Of a stretch of DNA of 64,000 nucleotides, positions 7,982 through 17,000 are shown piece by piece. Both the position numbers and the translations under genes were made by a program. Numbering within the stretch: position 1 is the stretch's first letter; each line of letters begins with the position of its first letter. The notes beneath the pieces were generated by a model, which was not told the DNA's origin, ran no database searches, and was given only the letters and a program-made list of their open reading frames with translations. This stretch comes from an uncultured Gammaproteobacteria bacterium (lineage in GTDB: Bacteria > Patescibacteriota > Patescibacteriia > Magasanikbacterales > UBA922): positions 610,709 through 674,708 of the forward strand of contig OZ246405.1 in the NCBI GenBank assembly GCA_965231005.1. The letters are read 5' to 3'.

Positions 7982-8530
7982 TTATTGTTTTGCGATAATT
8001 GCAGTTACTTTATTCCCTTGTCGTGTGATTTCCTGGTCATATCTCAAAGACATATTTTCCTTTATACTAACGACAAAATCCTGGATAACTTCGTTTGCTA
8101 TATGAGTTTTAGCTCGTTCTCTTCCACGAAGGATAATTTCAATCTTTACCTTGTCTCCTCGATTGAGGAATTTTTCTGCTTGTGCTTTTCGGACATCTTT
8201 GTCATGTTGACCTATACGGATAGAAAGACGCACACCTTTTAAATCACTCACTTTAGATTTTGTTCGTTGTTTTCTGACTTCTTTTTCTTTTTGATATTTG
8301 AAATGCTTAAAATCTGTAATCTTTGCTACTGGAGGATTTGCTTTTGGATTTATTTCTACCAAATCAACTTCTTGTTCACGTGCAAGCTCAAGTGCTTTTT
8401 CTTTTGGCATGACACCAAGATTTGTATCATCACTATCAATAACTCGCAATTCAGGTGCTTGAATACGCTCGTTCAAATTAAAACGAGGTATGATTGGTGA
8501 TGGTTTTCTTTTTTTGCGGGATATTCTCAT
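7982..8530 (-). CDS. infC: translation initiation factor IF-3
   Basis: The motifs RFNLNERIQAPELRVIDSDDTNLGVMPKEKALELAREQEVDLVEI... and KVKIEIILRGRERAKTHIANEV are typical of IF-3. Start placed at ATG 8530, because the ORF-track start at 8578 would run into the tmRNA. Confidence 0.9.
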   Translation of the reverse strand: MRISRKKRKPSPIIPRFNLNERIQAPELRVIDSDDTNLGVMPKEKALELAREQEVDLVEINPKANPPVAKITDFKHFKYQKEKEVRKQRTKSKVSDLKGVRLSIRIGQHDKDVRKAQAEKFLNRGDKVKIEIILRGRERAKTHIANEVIQDFVVSIKENMSLRYDQEITRQGNKVTAIIAKQ

Positions 8531-8532
8531 AG

Positions 8533-8929
8533 TGGAGATGCCGGGAATTGAACCCGGGTCTAGACGGGTTAGCGTCATAATCTACATGCATAGCTGCTTT
8601 GTTGTTTCATATGATGCTAAAAAAGCAACAAAATAACATCATACTAAGCCTGAATTACTTCAGACAGCATTGTCAGGCAACAATGTTGTCCTACACTCGA
8701 AAAGTTGAGACCGCCGATCCACTATCGAGTATTATGGGGGCGATCGCCGTGGCACTTAAGCTACAGCAGTTGCGAGTGCTGGAGTGCTGAATGCGTTAGC
8801 AATAGCGCTCTTTACTCGATTGACTAAGTTTGCACTTATGTCTTGCCTTTGGGTATTTACGAGAACAAAGACATTCTCGACATGCATATGTACGATAACA
8901 AGATCCATCTATCGAATCCTGTCATCCCC
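8533..8929 (-). ncRNA. ssrA: tmRNA (SsrA)
   Basis: On the minus strand the 5' end is GGGGATGACAGGATTCGA. The 3' end is CCCGGGTTCAATTCCCGGCATCTCCA, a tRNA-Ala-like T-arm. The acceptor pairs GGGGATG/CATCTCC with the G3:U wobble. The internal tag reading frame ends ...GCA CTC GCA ACT GCT GTA GCT TAA (..ALATAVA*). smpB lies immediately upstream. Confidence 0.92.
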
Positions 8930-9048
8930 TTAAAAGTGATGTTTGTAGAACACCACCGGAGCGTCACGTAAAATCCCGACGTTGTCGGGATCACATGACG
9001 AATCGGTGAAGTTCCAATCGTGCCATTTTCACAGAGATTTGTATCTTA

Positions 9049-9068
9049 CCTGCCTGCCGGCAGGCAGG
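9049..9068. repeat. perfect 20-nt palindrome CCTGCCTGCCGGCAGGCAGG (terminator-like hairpin after smpB)
   Basis: The sequence is self-complementary and sits 12 nt downstream of the smpB stop. The 16-nt core CCTGCCTGCCGGCAGG recurs at 34777-34792. Confidence 0.7.
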
Positions 9069-9079
9069 TGTCTTTCTAT

Positions 9080-9529
9080 TTATGATATTTCCTTTATAGA
9101 TCTTTGTGCCTCTCGTTCAATATCTCTTCTTTTCTTTGTTTCTTTTTTGTCATACTTCTTTTTTCCTTTTCCTACACCAATTTCAACCTTTATCCGGCGG
9201 CCCTTAGTATATACTGAAAGTGGGACGATTGTCAAGCCCTTTTCCTGCGATTTTCCTTGTAAATAAGCGATTTGTTTGGCTTTTAAGAGTAATTTTCTGC
9301 TTTTTGTAGGATCGTAAGAATCAAGGTTTCCAGCATTTTTATACTTGCTAATATGTGCATTTGTAAGCAATGCTTCATTCTTATGAAAGGTGACAAAGGC
9401 TCCTTTTAGGTTTATTTGTCCATTTCGTACTGATTTTACTTCTGCTCCAGACAATACTAAGCCAGCCTCAAGTGTATCAAGGATGTCATAATCAAATAGC
9501 GCTTTTTTGTTCTTTGCGTACGTTGGCAT
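9080..9529 (-). CDS. smpB: SsrA-binding protein SmpB
   Basis: The motifs KKALFDYDILDTLEAGLVLSGAEVKSVRNGQINLKGAFV... and RKLLLKAKQI... and a basic C-terminal tail are typical of SmpB. 149 aa. Confidence 0.93.
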   Translation of the reverse strand: MPTYAKNKKALFDYDILDTLEAGLVLSGAEVKSVRNGQINLKGAFVTFHKNEALLTNAHISKYKNAGNLDSYDPTKSRKLLLKAKQIAYLQGKSQEKGLTIVPLSVYTKGRRIKVEIGVGKGKKKYDKKETKKRRDIEREAQRSIKEIS

Positions 9530-9600
9530 ATGTTACGTTATAATCATTGTACTACGAAAGATCTTTAGTGTATACTAAAATTGCTCTAATTTCAAGCCTT

Positions 9601-10644
9601 ATGCAAGAGGTCAAATTTACGATTAGCACAAAATCCTTATTTAAAATATTGGGTTTTATTTTATTTGTTTATGTAATTTATCTTATTTGGAATATTCTTT
9701 TACTGCTTTTCATCGCATTGATTCTTGCAGCACTTATAGATCCATTTGCAAGTTGGTTTCAAAAAAGAAAGATTCCTCGTTCCTTAGCAGTATTGATTAT
9801 CTATATAGTCGTCTTTGGATTAGTCAGTTTATCAATAATAGTAATTTCTCCTGTTGTCGTGCAGGACGCTCCGCAACTTGCTGACAATGTGATGAAGCTT
9901 GTTGAAGATTTACAACAAAATCCAACCATACAAAGTATTTGGGCAGGAGCACAAAATATTCCGCAAGCACTTGGTTTTGAAAACCAATCAAGTGCGCAAG
10001 TAGTAACAACACCTTCTACTGTTGCTCCAACAATTTCTGGTGTATTTTCAACAGTCTCAGGATTTTTTGGTGGGGTTTTTTCTGTTGTTCTTGTGCTTGT
10101 TATGACATTTTATATGGTGGCACAAGAAGATCCACTTAAAAAAATATTTCGAAATGTTGTTCCAGATGAATACGTTCCATATCTGACACAACTATTTAAA
10201 AAAATGCGTGACAAACTTGGAGCCTGGATGCGTGGACAAATTGTATTGAGTCTTATTATGGCAGCGCTTGTGTTTGTCGGTTTGGTTCTTTTAGATGTAC
10301 GATATGCAGCCGTACTTGCTCTTCTTGCAGCATTAACAGAATTTGTTCCATATCTTGGGCCAGTTTTTTCTGGATTACCAGCCCTCTTGCTTGCTTTCTC
10401 AGATGGTGGTATGGTGAAGTTCGCTATGGTACTGGTCATGTATGTTATTATTCATCAGTTTGAAAATCATGTCCTTGTTCCAAAGGTAATGCAACGGGCT
10501 GTTGGCCTGAATCCAATAGTCAGTATCACAGCTCTTTTAATAGGTGCACAGCTTGCTGGTTTTGTTGGAGTGCTTTTGGCAATTCCAGTTGCTACGGCTG
10601 GAAGTGTCTTTTTAAAAGATATATTTAGAAAACAAAAGGGATAA
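9601..10644 (+). CDS. AI-2E family transporter (PerM/UPF0118-like permease)
   Basis: Polytopic membrane protein with family-typical segments (LILAALIDPFASWFQKRKIPRSLAVL, FVPYLGPVFSGLPA, HQFENHVLVPKVM). Start chosen at ATG 9601. Confidence 0.8.
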   Translation: MQEVKFTISTKSLFKILGFILFVYVIYLIWNILLLLFIALILAALIDPFASWFQKRKIPRSLAVLIIYIVVFGLVSLSIIVISPVVVQDAPQLADNVMKLVEDLQQNPTIQSIWAGAQNIPQALGFENQSSAQVVTTPSTVAPTISGVFSTVSGFFGGVFSVVLVLVMTFYMVAQEDPLKKIFRNVVPDEYVPYLTQLFKKMRDKLGAWMRGQIVLSLIMAALVFVGLVLLDVRYAAVLALLAALTEFVPYLGPVFSGLPALLLAFSDGGMVKFAMVLVMYVIIHQFENHVLVPKVMQRAVGLNPIVSITALLIGAQLAGFVGVLLAIPVATAGSVFLKDIFRKQKG

Positions 10645-10648
10645 TTGC

Positions 10649-11416
10649 ATGGCAAATATTGTACATAGATCAATTGGTGTAGGAGTAGGAATATTTACTG
10701 TTCTTGCACTATTTCTTATTGTGAAGTTCCCAATTTGGTGGGTTCTTCTTTTAGTATTTATCATTTGGTTACTTATTATTCGTGGTTTCCAACATATCTT
10801 AAGAAAAATTATTTTTAGAAAGGATATCCAAATTCTCACGGTAGTAACCATGCTTGCCTTTATTGGTCTTCTTTTATTTGTTGAATGGAATTTGTTGCGA
10901 TCACTTTTGGTATTGCTTGGTGGAACAGTCATTGCGTTATTGCATTCATGGTCTGTCCCTTCCAGTGGATATACAACACATATAGAAAAGTCATACAGGC
11001 GAATTTTAATGATGCTTTGGGTGTTTGACACATATGGTATTCTTACAACATTGTTTGCTATAGATGTGTTTTTCCAAGGCTTTTCGTTTTGGCTTCTTAG
11101 TATTTTTTCAGGAGCATTATTTGCATTTGTGTCTTTTATGATTTGGAGAATGTATTATGATATTAGTTTTCGTCGAGCAACTATTTGGATGTCGTGTATT
11201 GGATTTATAGGAATTGAGCTGGTGTGGGTATTCCGATTGCTCCCGCTTGGATACACTGCCCTTGGACTATTTGTAACGTGGATATGGTATATTGTACAAC
11301 TCTTGTTTCGTTTTCATTTTAGTAAGGCAGGCGTGCAATGGAAACGACAAAGAATATTCCTTGGAGTTAATTTAATATTGTTTGTGGCACTTATGTTTGT
11401 TGTCTCATGGATTTAA
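10649..11416 (+). CDS. polytopic membrane protein, function unknown
   Basis: 255-aa ORF with about 7 hydrophobic helices. It begins 5 nt after the upstream gene. Confidence 0.6.
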   Translation: MANIVHRSIGVGVGIFTVLALFLIVKFPIWWVLLLVFIIWLLIIRGFQHILRKIIFRKDIQILTVVTMLAFIGLLLFVEWNLLRSLLVLLGGTVIALLHSWSVPSSGYTTHIEKSYRRILMMLWVFDTYGILTTLFAIDVFFQGFSFWLLSIFSGALFAFVSFMIWRMYYDISFRRATIWMSCIGFIGIELVWVFRLLPLGYTALGLFVTWIWYIVQLLFRFHFSKAGVQWKRQRIFLGVNLILFVALMFVVSWI

Positions 11417-11418
11417 AA

Positions 11419-11636
11419 CAATTAACAACTAACAATTATCAATTACCAACTTAGTATAGGGTGTTTTTGGCAGAAAGGAATTAGTTATTAGTTACTAGTT
11501 ACTAGTTATTAGCTAACTAAGTCTAGATCTTTCTTGTATTGACTATTAACTATTAGCTAATAGCTAGTAATACCATTCTCAATATAAAGAGTCTTTCTGT
11601 ACTATTTTGCTAATTGTTAATTGCTAATTGTTAATT
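11419..11636. repeat. ~218-bp AT-rich intergenic element, copy B (inverted relative to copy A at 3691-3906)
   Basis: It aligns end to end with the reverse complement of 3691-3906. Example: CTTAGTATAGGGTGTTTTTGGCAGAAAGGAATTAGTTATTAG here versus CTTAGTATAGGGTGATTTTGGTAGAAAGAAATTAGTTATTAG there. It fills the whole spacer up to the ATG at 11637. Confidence 0.85.
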
Positions 11637-12701
11637 ATGAATGAATCACCACATCTTCCACCAAAAACCTGTCATGTTTCTTGGTATAGCCGTGTACAGT
11701 CCTTGCCAGGATTTTTTATTATTCTAGTAATTGCTGTTATTGCTGGTGCAAGTGCTGCACTCATTGCAACCAGTTGGATGCTTCCATCATTCCTCCCAGA
11801 GGAATCAGTTCGTGTTTACAATAAAGATGTGTTAAAAGACAAACAGATTGTTGATCCATTTATTGTAAGGCATGCAAACGAAAGAACAATTAAGATCTTT
11901 GATAAAAGAAGAAAAGTAGGACAAACATTTTATTCAGATGATGCATTAATTTTAGAGACGTCACTTCTTAGTTCAGATGGATGGGCAGTTGGAGCATACC
12001 CTTCGTATCTTTCAGGAGAAGAATGGTCTTGGGAAGCTGTTGATAGTGAAGGAAATGTATATGATATTGAGAAAAAAATATTTGATAGAACAACAGGTCT
12101 TCTTTATATAAAATATGAGGGGAGTGGATTTAGAATTTTTTCTTTTTTCCAATGGGATAATTTTCCAGATCATTTATTTGTTTGGGGATTAAAAAATAAA
12201 AGTGTCGCGCAAACATTTCTCCGAGATATAAAGAAAACAACTACAAATCGAATTTATTCCATTTCTGGGCAGCATTTTTTTTACAACACAGAATCATTTG
12301 TTAGTGGCGCAACTGTTCTTGATGAGCAGGGAGCACTTGTTGGGTTTGTAGGAAAGAATGGGAAAATTATTCCAAGTTTTTGGATAGAGAATCATCTCCC
12401 TGCAATTTTAAGTGGATCATCTATTAACCTAAAGGGGTTGCCTGTAACTGGTTCTTATATAGATGTTGGTTTACAAGATAAAGAAAATCAACGAACAGGC
12501 GATATAAGCGGTTTTTATGTCAGCCATAGAGGCTCTACACCACTAAGAACTGGTGATGTGATTATTTCTATAAATGATAAGAACATCCATTCAGTATTTA
12601 CGCCGTATCACATATTAGATGCACCAGACGATTTCTCATTGTCAGTACTTCGTGGCGGTAAGGAAATTGAACTTTCTGTAGACAAGACTTTCCTAAGATA
12701 G
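11637..12701 (+). CDS. membrane-anchored PDZ-domain protein (possibly a degenerate HtrA-like protease)
   Basis: N-terminal TM helix (FFIILVIAVIAGASAALIATSWML). The C-terminal PDZ-like segment is GFYVSHRGSTPLRTGDVIISINDKNIHSV...LSVLRGGKEIELSV. No clear Ser-His-Asp triad was recognised. Confidence 0.55.
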   Translation: MNESPHLPPKTCHVSWYSRVQSLPGFFIILVIAVIAGASAALIATSWMLPSFLPEESVRVYNKDVLKDKQIVDPFIVRHANERTIKIFDKRRKVGQTFYSDDALILETSLLSSDGWAVGAYPSYLSGEEWSWEAVDSEGNVYDIEKKIFDRTTGLLYIKYEGSGFRIFSFFQWDNFPDHLFVWGLKNKSVAQTFLRDIKKTTTNRIYSISGQHFFYNTESFVSGATVLDEQGALVGFVGKNGKIIPSFWIENHLPAILSGSSINLKGLPVTGSYIDVGLQDKENQRTGDISGFYVSHRGSTPLRTGDVIISINDKNIHSVFTPYHILDAPDDFSLSVLRGGKEIELSVDKTFLR

Positions 12702-12837
12702 GTCCTTCATTTAATTGGGGAAATCAGCTATACTATAGTTAATTAGTTAATTGGTTGACTAGCAAATTAGGCTATAAAATTTTTGCTTGAAAATTAATTG
12801 ACTAATTACCATTTTACAAATTAACAGATTAACCAAT

Positions 12838-13437
12838 ATGTTTCATCGTCCTTTGAGTAACATAACAAAACATTGGAAATTACTACTTCTCCTTGGTATT
12901 GCAACGGCACTTGTTGTATCGTTGATTACACTTATATTTCCTCGTGAATATCGTGCAGATGCAGACGTGCTGATTATTTCTAAATCAAGATATGGAGTTG
13001 ATCCGTACACTGTTGTAAAATCTGCAGAACGTATTGGTGAAAACGTTGCGCAGGTTATGCAAACAAATGATTTTTTTGAAAAAGTCATGAGTCAGCCAGG
13101 ATACTCTATAGACCAGGCTCGATTCCAATATATCCCTGAGCGGAAAAAAAGAAAAAGATGGAATAAAGCACTACAGCCATCAATCGTATATGGAACCGGT
13201 GTGTTACACATTAGTGCATATAGTTTACAACCAGACCAAGCAGCACAATTGGCTGGCGCAAGTGCAGACGCCTTGGTTACTCATGGTTGGGAATATGTTG
13301 GCGGTGATGTTTCAATGAAAATTGTAAATCCTCCTGTTGTAACACAGTGGCCAGTACGTCCAAATATTATTATGAATGGAATTGCTGCATTTTTCATTAG
13401 CATTGGTCTTATGGGAGCAGTCATTGCAAGAAAATAG
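12838..13437 (+). CDS. Wzz-like polysaccharide chain-length determinant family protein
   Basis: 199 aa with one TM helix at each end and a soluble middle. The N-terminal pattern (LLLLGIATALVVSLITLIFPREYRADADVLI) is typical of Wzz/CapA-type proteins. Confidence 0.5.
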   Translation: MFHRPLSNITKHWKLLLLLGIATALVVSLITLIFPREYRADADVLIISKSRYGVDPYTVVKSAERIGENVAQVMQTNDFFEKVMSQPGYSIDQARFQYIPERKKRKRWNKALQPSIVYGTGVLHISAYSLQPDQAAQLAGASADALVTHGWEYVGGDVSMKIVNPPVVTQWPVRPNIIMNGIAAFFISIGLMGAVIARK

Positions 13438-13538
13438 TTTAGTTAAATGGTTGATTGGTTAATTAGTTGATTAGTAAGAAGAATCATTACAATATCCCCA
13501 ATAAACCAATTAACAAATACACAAATTAACCAGTACGT

Positions 13539-13865
13539 ATGTCGAAAAATCAAACTCCTTTTCTTGAAGAATTTATCATAAATGTTCTCGAAGAAAACGG
13601 CATTAAAGATTTAACTCAAGAACAAAAGAATGTATACATTCCAGAATTTTCTTTGCGTGTGTATAGAAGAATGGGGGACACGCTTATTTCAGAATTGGAC
13701 GACAAACAACTTGATCAACTTTCAGATTTACTCAGCGATCCAAAAGCAACGCCAGAAACATGGTATCAGTTTTGGCAAGCAAGCATTGATGATTTTACAA
13801 AGCAGTTTATGAATGTCCTTATGGAATTCAGATCTGATGTTAGTTCAGCATTGGTGGCAGCATAG
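13539..13865 (+). CDS. hypothetical acidic protein
   Basis: 108-aa ORF of host-like composition. No recognisable motif. Confidence 0.5.
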   Translation: MSKNQTPFLEEFIINVLEENGIKDLTQEQKNVYIPEFSLRVYRRMGDTLISELDDKQLDQLSDLLSDPKATPETWYQFWQASIDDFTKQFMNVLMEFRSDVSSALVAA

Positions 13866-13869
13866 ATAT

Positions 13870-14067
13870 ATGTCCACAACAGTTCATCCAAAAGATAAAG
13901 ATACTAACAAACGTAATAAACGTTTGAATATTTTGATTGATGAATTACACAAAGAATTACGAGCAGTCCAAAAAGATGCGATTAGTCTCAGAATGAGTGC
14001 ACAAAAAGTTGTAGACAAGCAAAACATGAAGCACGTATTAGAGAAATTATTAGACAATGGTTCATAG
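13870..14067 (+). CDS. small coiled-coil hypothetical protein
   Basis: Start chosen at ATG 13870 (MSTTVHPKDKDTNKRNKRLNILIDELHKELRAVQKD...). The ORF-track start at 13813 would overlap the previous gene. Confidence 0.4.
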   Translation: MSTTVHPKDKDTNKRNKRLNILIDELHKELRAVQKDAISLRMSAQKVVDKQNMKHVLEKLLDNGS

Positions 14068-14083
14068 AATCATTCTTTTAACT

Positions 14084-17000
14084 ATGAGTCCAGATGCAAA
14101 CAATGTAGTCGAGTTATTTCCTGAAAATGAATATGGTCCTGATCGAGGACCTGTTAGTGATGAACAAAAAGAAGCCAATCGTAAGGCAAAAGGTGAGCTT
14201 GGTGATATTTTGAGAAAACTAGAAGATCTCCAATCATTGCGCGATAAAGTTGAAACAACACTTATTGAAGATGTTGAAGCACTTATTCAGCATATTAATA
14301 ATAAGGAATATCACGATGAAGTTGTTGTTCAAGTAAAAGAACTTCGAGAAAAACTCGACGAAATTAATAAAAAAATGGAAGGGGTTTCAAAGTCGATTGA
14401 AACACGAGAAGTGCGAAAGCAACGAGAGAGTTTTGAGTTTACAGTGTCAGATGTTCTTGATGTCGTCGGAAGAGATAAGCTGCGAAATATTATGGTTCAT
14501 TTTCCTGATATGAATGCAGGCGAGCGGCAGCAGGTGTTTACAGGACTTTTTGATCACCTGGATGAAGAACAATCCAAAAATTTAAATAGAGTAAGAAGAA
14601 AAAAAGCGTTCGAGGTGTTTGAACCTTTTTTTCAAACTGCAAAACAAAAAAAAGCATTGGACGAAGCAAAGCGCGCACCAAATGATCAAGTGAGAGTGAA
14701 ACTATTTGAAGCAGCAGGGCTTATTGAAGATGAGACTGACAGAGAAAACGTGCTTCATACACTTTCAGAAATTTCTTTTTCTGATGATGACAATAAAGCA
14801 TTTATTAAAACATGGAAAGATAATATGGCCTTGCAAGCGCTTGATTCTGTTGAGTTTTATGAATATGGTGCTGCAGAGCAAAAAGTATTAGAACTTGCAG
14901 CTATAGAGGCAAAAAAAGGAAAAAAGAAAAAGAAATATAAACAAACCAGTCTAAAACAAAAGTTTGTAAATCTTGGAAAAGGAATAAAAAATTTGGCAGT
15001 TGCAGCTGGACAGCATGTTAAAAAAGAGTGGTGGGCTATGGCTCCAGCTGCGACATTGGGTCTTGTTGCAAGACACGCTGCATTGTCAACAACTCCTGAT
15101 TTTTATGCAAAGGCACTTGAATTAACAGGGGATGAATCTCAGTCTGCATTTTTAGCAGCTGGTGGTGCAGCAGCACTTGGGACATATGCACTTGCAGAAC
15201 ATGGGATTCGAGCATTGAAAACTCGTCTTTCCGTAAAGCCTGACAAAGCATTTGCAGAAGTTTCTGGTTTGGCAAAAGACATGTACGTCTCTGATCAGAA
15301 AAAGGGTGGAGAATGGGTCCTTGCAGGACATATTAGTCATATATTGCAACATGGAGGAAAAGAAGGACAGCAAACACATGAACGGCATGTAGAAGTCCTC
15401 AAAGTAATTGCAAAAGAATTGAGAAAAAATGGAGAAAAAGTTGAAGCAAATAGTGAGTTTATGAAAGCAGCACTACTTGCTATTGATGTAAAGGATAGAA
15501 AACGTGGTGGACAGTCAATTCTTTCAGAAAAATACCAGTCTCTTGGATTTATTCGTCGGACTATTGCAGAGGTTCGCGATCAATTTTATACAAAAAAGTG
15601 GAAAGACATTGGTGTTGGTGGTTCTGCGTTACAATGGATGTCCGGTGCTGCATTACATACATTACACAAAGGCTTGATTGGTGGAACAATTGCATGGCCA
15701 ATGCAGCGACCAGAAATTTTTGGTTTGTTTAGTGAGCGATTGGCAGCACGCTTTGGTGCAGCTGCAGTACCTGGCTGGTTACAAGAATTAGCAACAAAAA
15801 GAGGGGAACAAAAAGAAGATAAATGGGAAATTGAGAGAAAACGTCTTGAAAAAGCAGTAAGTCCTGAAGCATATGGAAAATTAACTTTATATAAAGCAAC
15901 AAAAGTTTCAGAAGATCAATTGTTAGATATTCAAAGAGAAATCACAGAATTGAATTATTACATTAGCACCTGGAGTGATGTAAGCTCTCTCTCATCAGAT
16001 GGGAATAAATTAAAGCGTGCTGGAAGAAAAATTACAACCAATGTGCGTAAACAATTTCAAAGTGATTTGCTCGATGTGTGGCCACGGTATAAAACTGCTG
16101 CACTTGGTTTGCATCAAGAATATGAACGACTATATGAAGAAAAAAGACAGGAACTGATTGAAAAACAGTTAGCAAAAGTTTCCAAAAGTTTGTCAGAGGC
16201 AGGCAAAACAAAGCAAAGAGAAAAAATGCAAGAAGCCTTGCCGGAAAAATTGAAGAAACGAGAGAAAAAGAGAAATAAGAATATTCCGAAAAAGACATTT
16301 GACATGAAATTGCCAGATGAAAAAACACCAACAGAGCGATTGTTAGGAAATTCAAAAGTTGAGGTTGCTGATAGAAGAAAAACATTAGTACAAGGGTTGA
16401 AAATGGGAATGCTTGCTGCAGCATTTGGAAAGGCATTTGATATGGCACGAGTTCATTTTCCACATATTTTTGATAGACCACCAGAAGTCATTCCGCATGG
16501 CGCGTTTGCAGGTTGGGATGAAGATCCATTTATTGATCATGATCGGTATGACCAATATGGAAATGAAATTTTTCCAGACGATGCGTATCCGTCACAAGGA
16601 GAAGAAGCATCTCCGCCTGCTGAAACACCACAAGAACCAACTGTTCCAAAAAGAGATAGGACAAAAGAAGAAATTCGACGTCTTGCAGGTTTGGGTGGTC
16701 GTTCTGGTCGAGTTGAAGATATTCCAGTGCAGGGCGAAGACGCACTCGTGACAGAAAAAGACGAAGTTGCAAAAGGAACAGGACTTGATTCAAGTAAGGA
16801 TGGAAGTGCTGCACTCATTGGTGAACCAAAAGAACCAACATGGGAAGAAAAGATTGCAGAGCGTGGAAGTCCTGCAGAATCACTTTCAAAAACAGAACAG
16901 TACATGAAATATTTGATGAGAGAAGAACCTAAAAAATATTCAAAAGCAGATTTTAAATTATTTCAACACATGCAATCTATTTTGGAAAAACAAAATGAAT

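Noticed and set aside
8599-9266. Plus-strand ORFs 8599-8790 and 8982-9266, and the N-terminal 16 codons of the 7982-8578 ORF.
   Set aside because: They overlap the tmRNA gene and its flanking hairpins. The tmRNA call is far better supported by the acceptor stem with G3:U, the T-arm and the tag frame.
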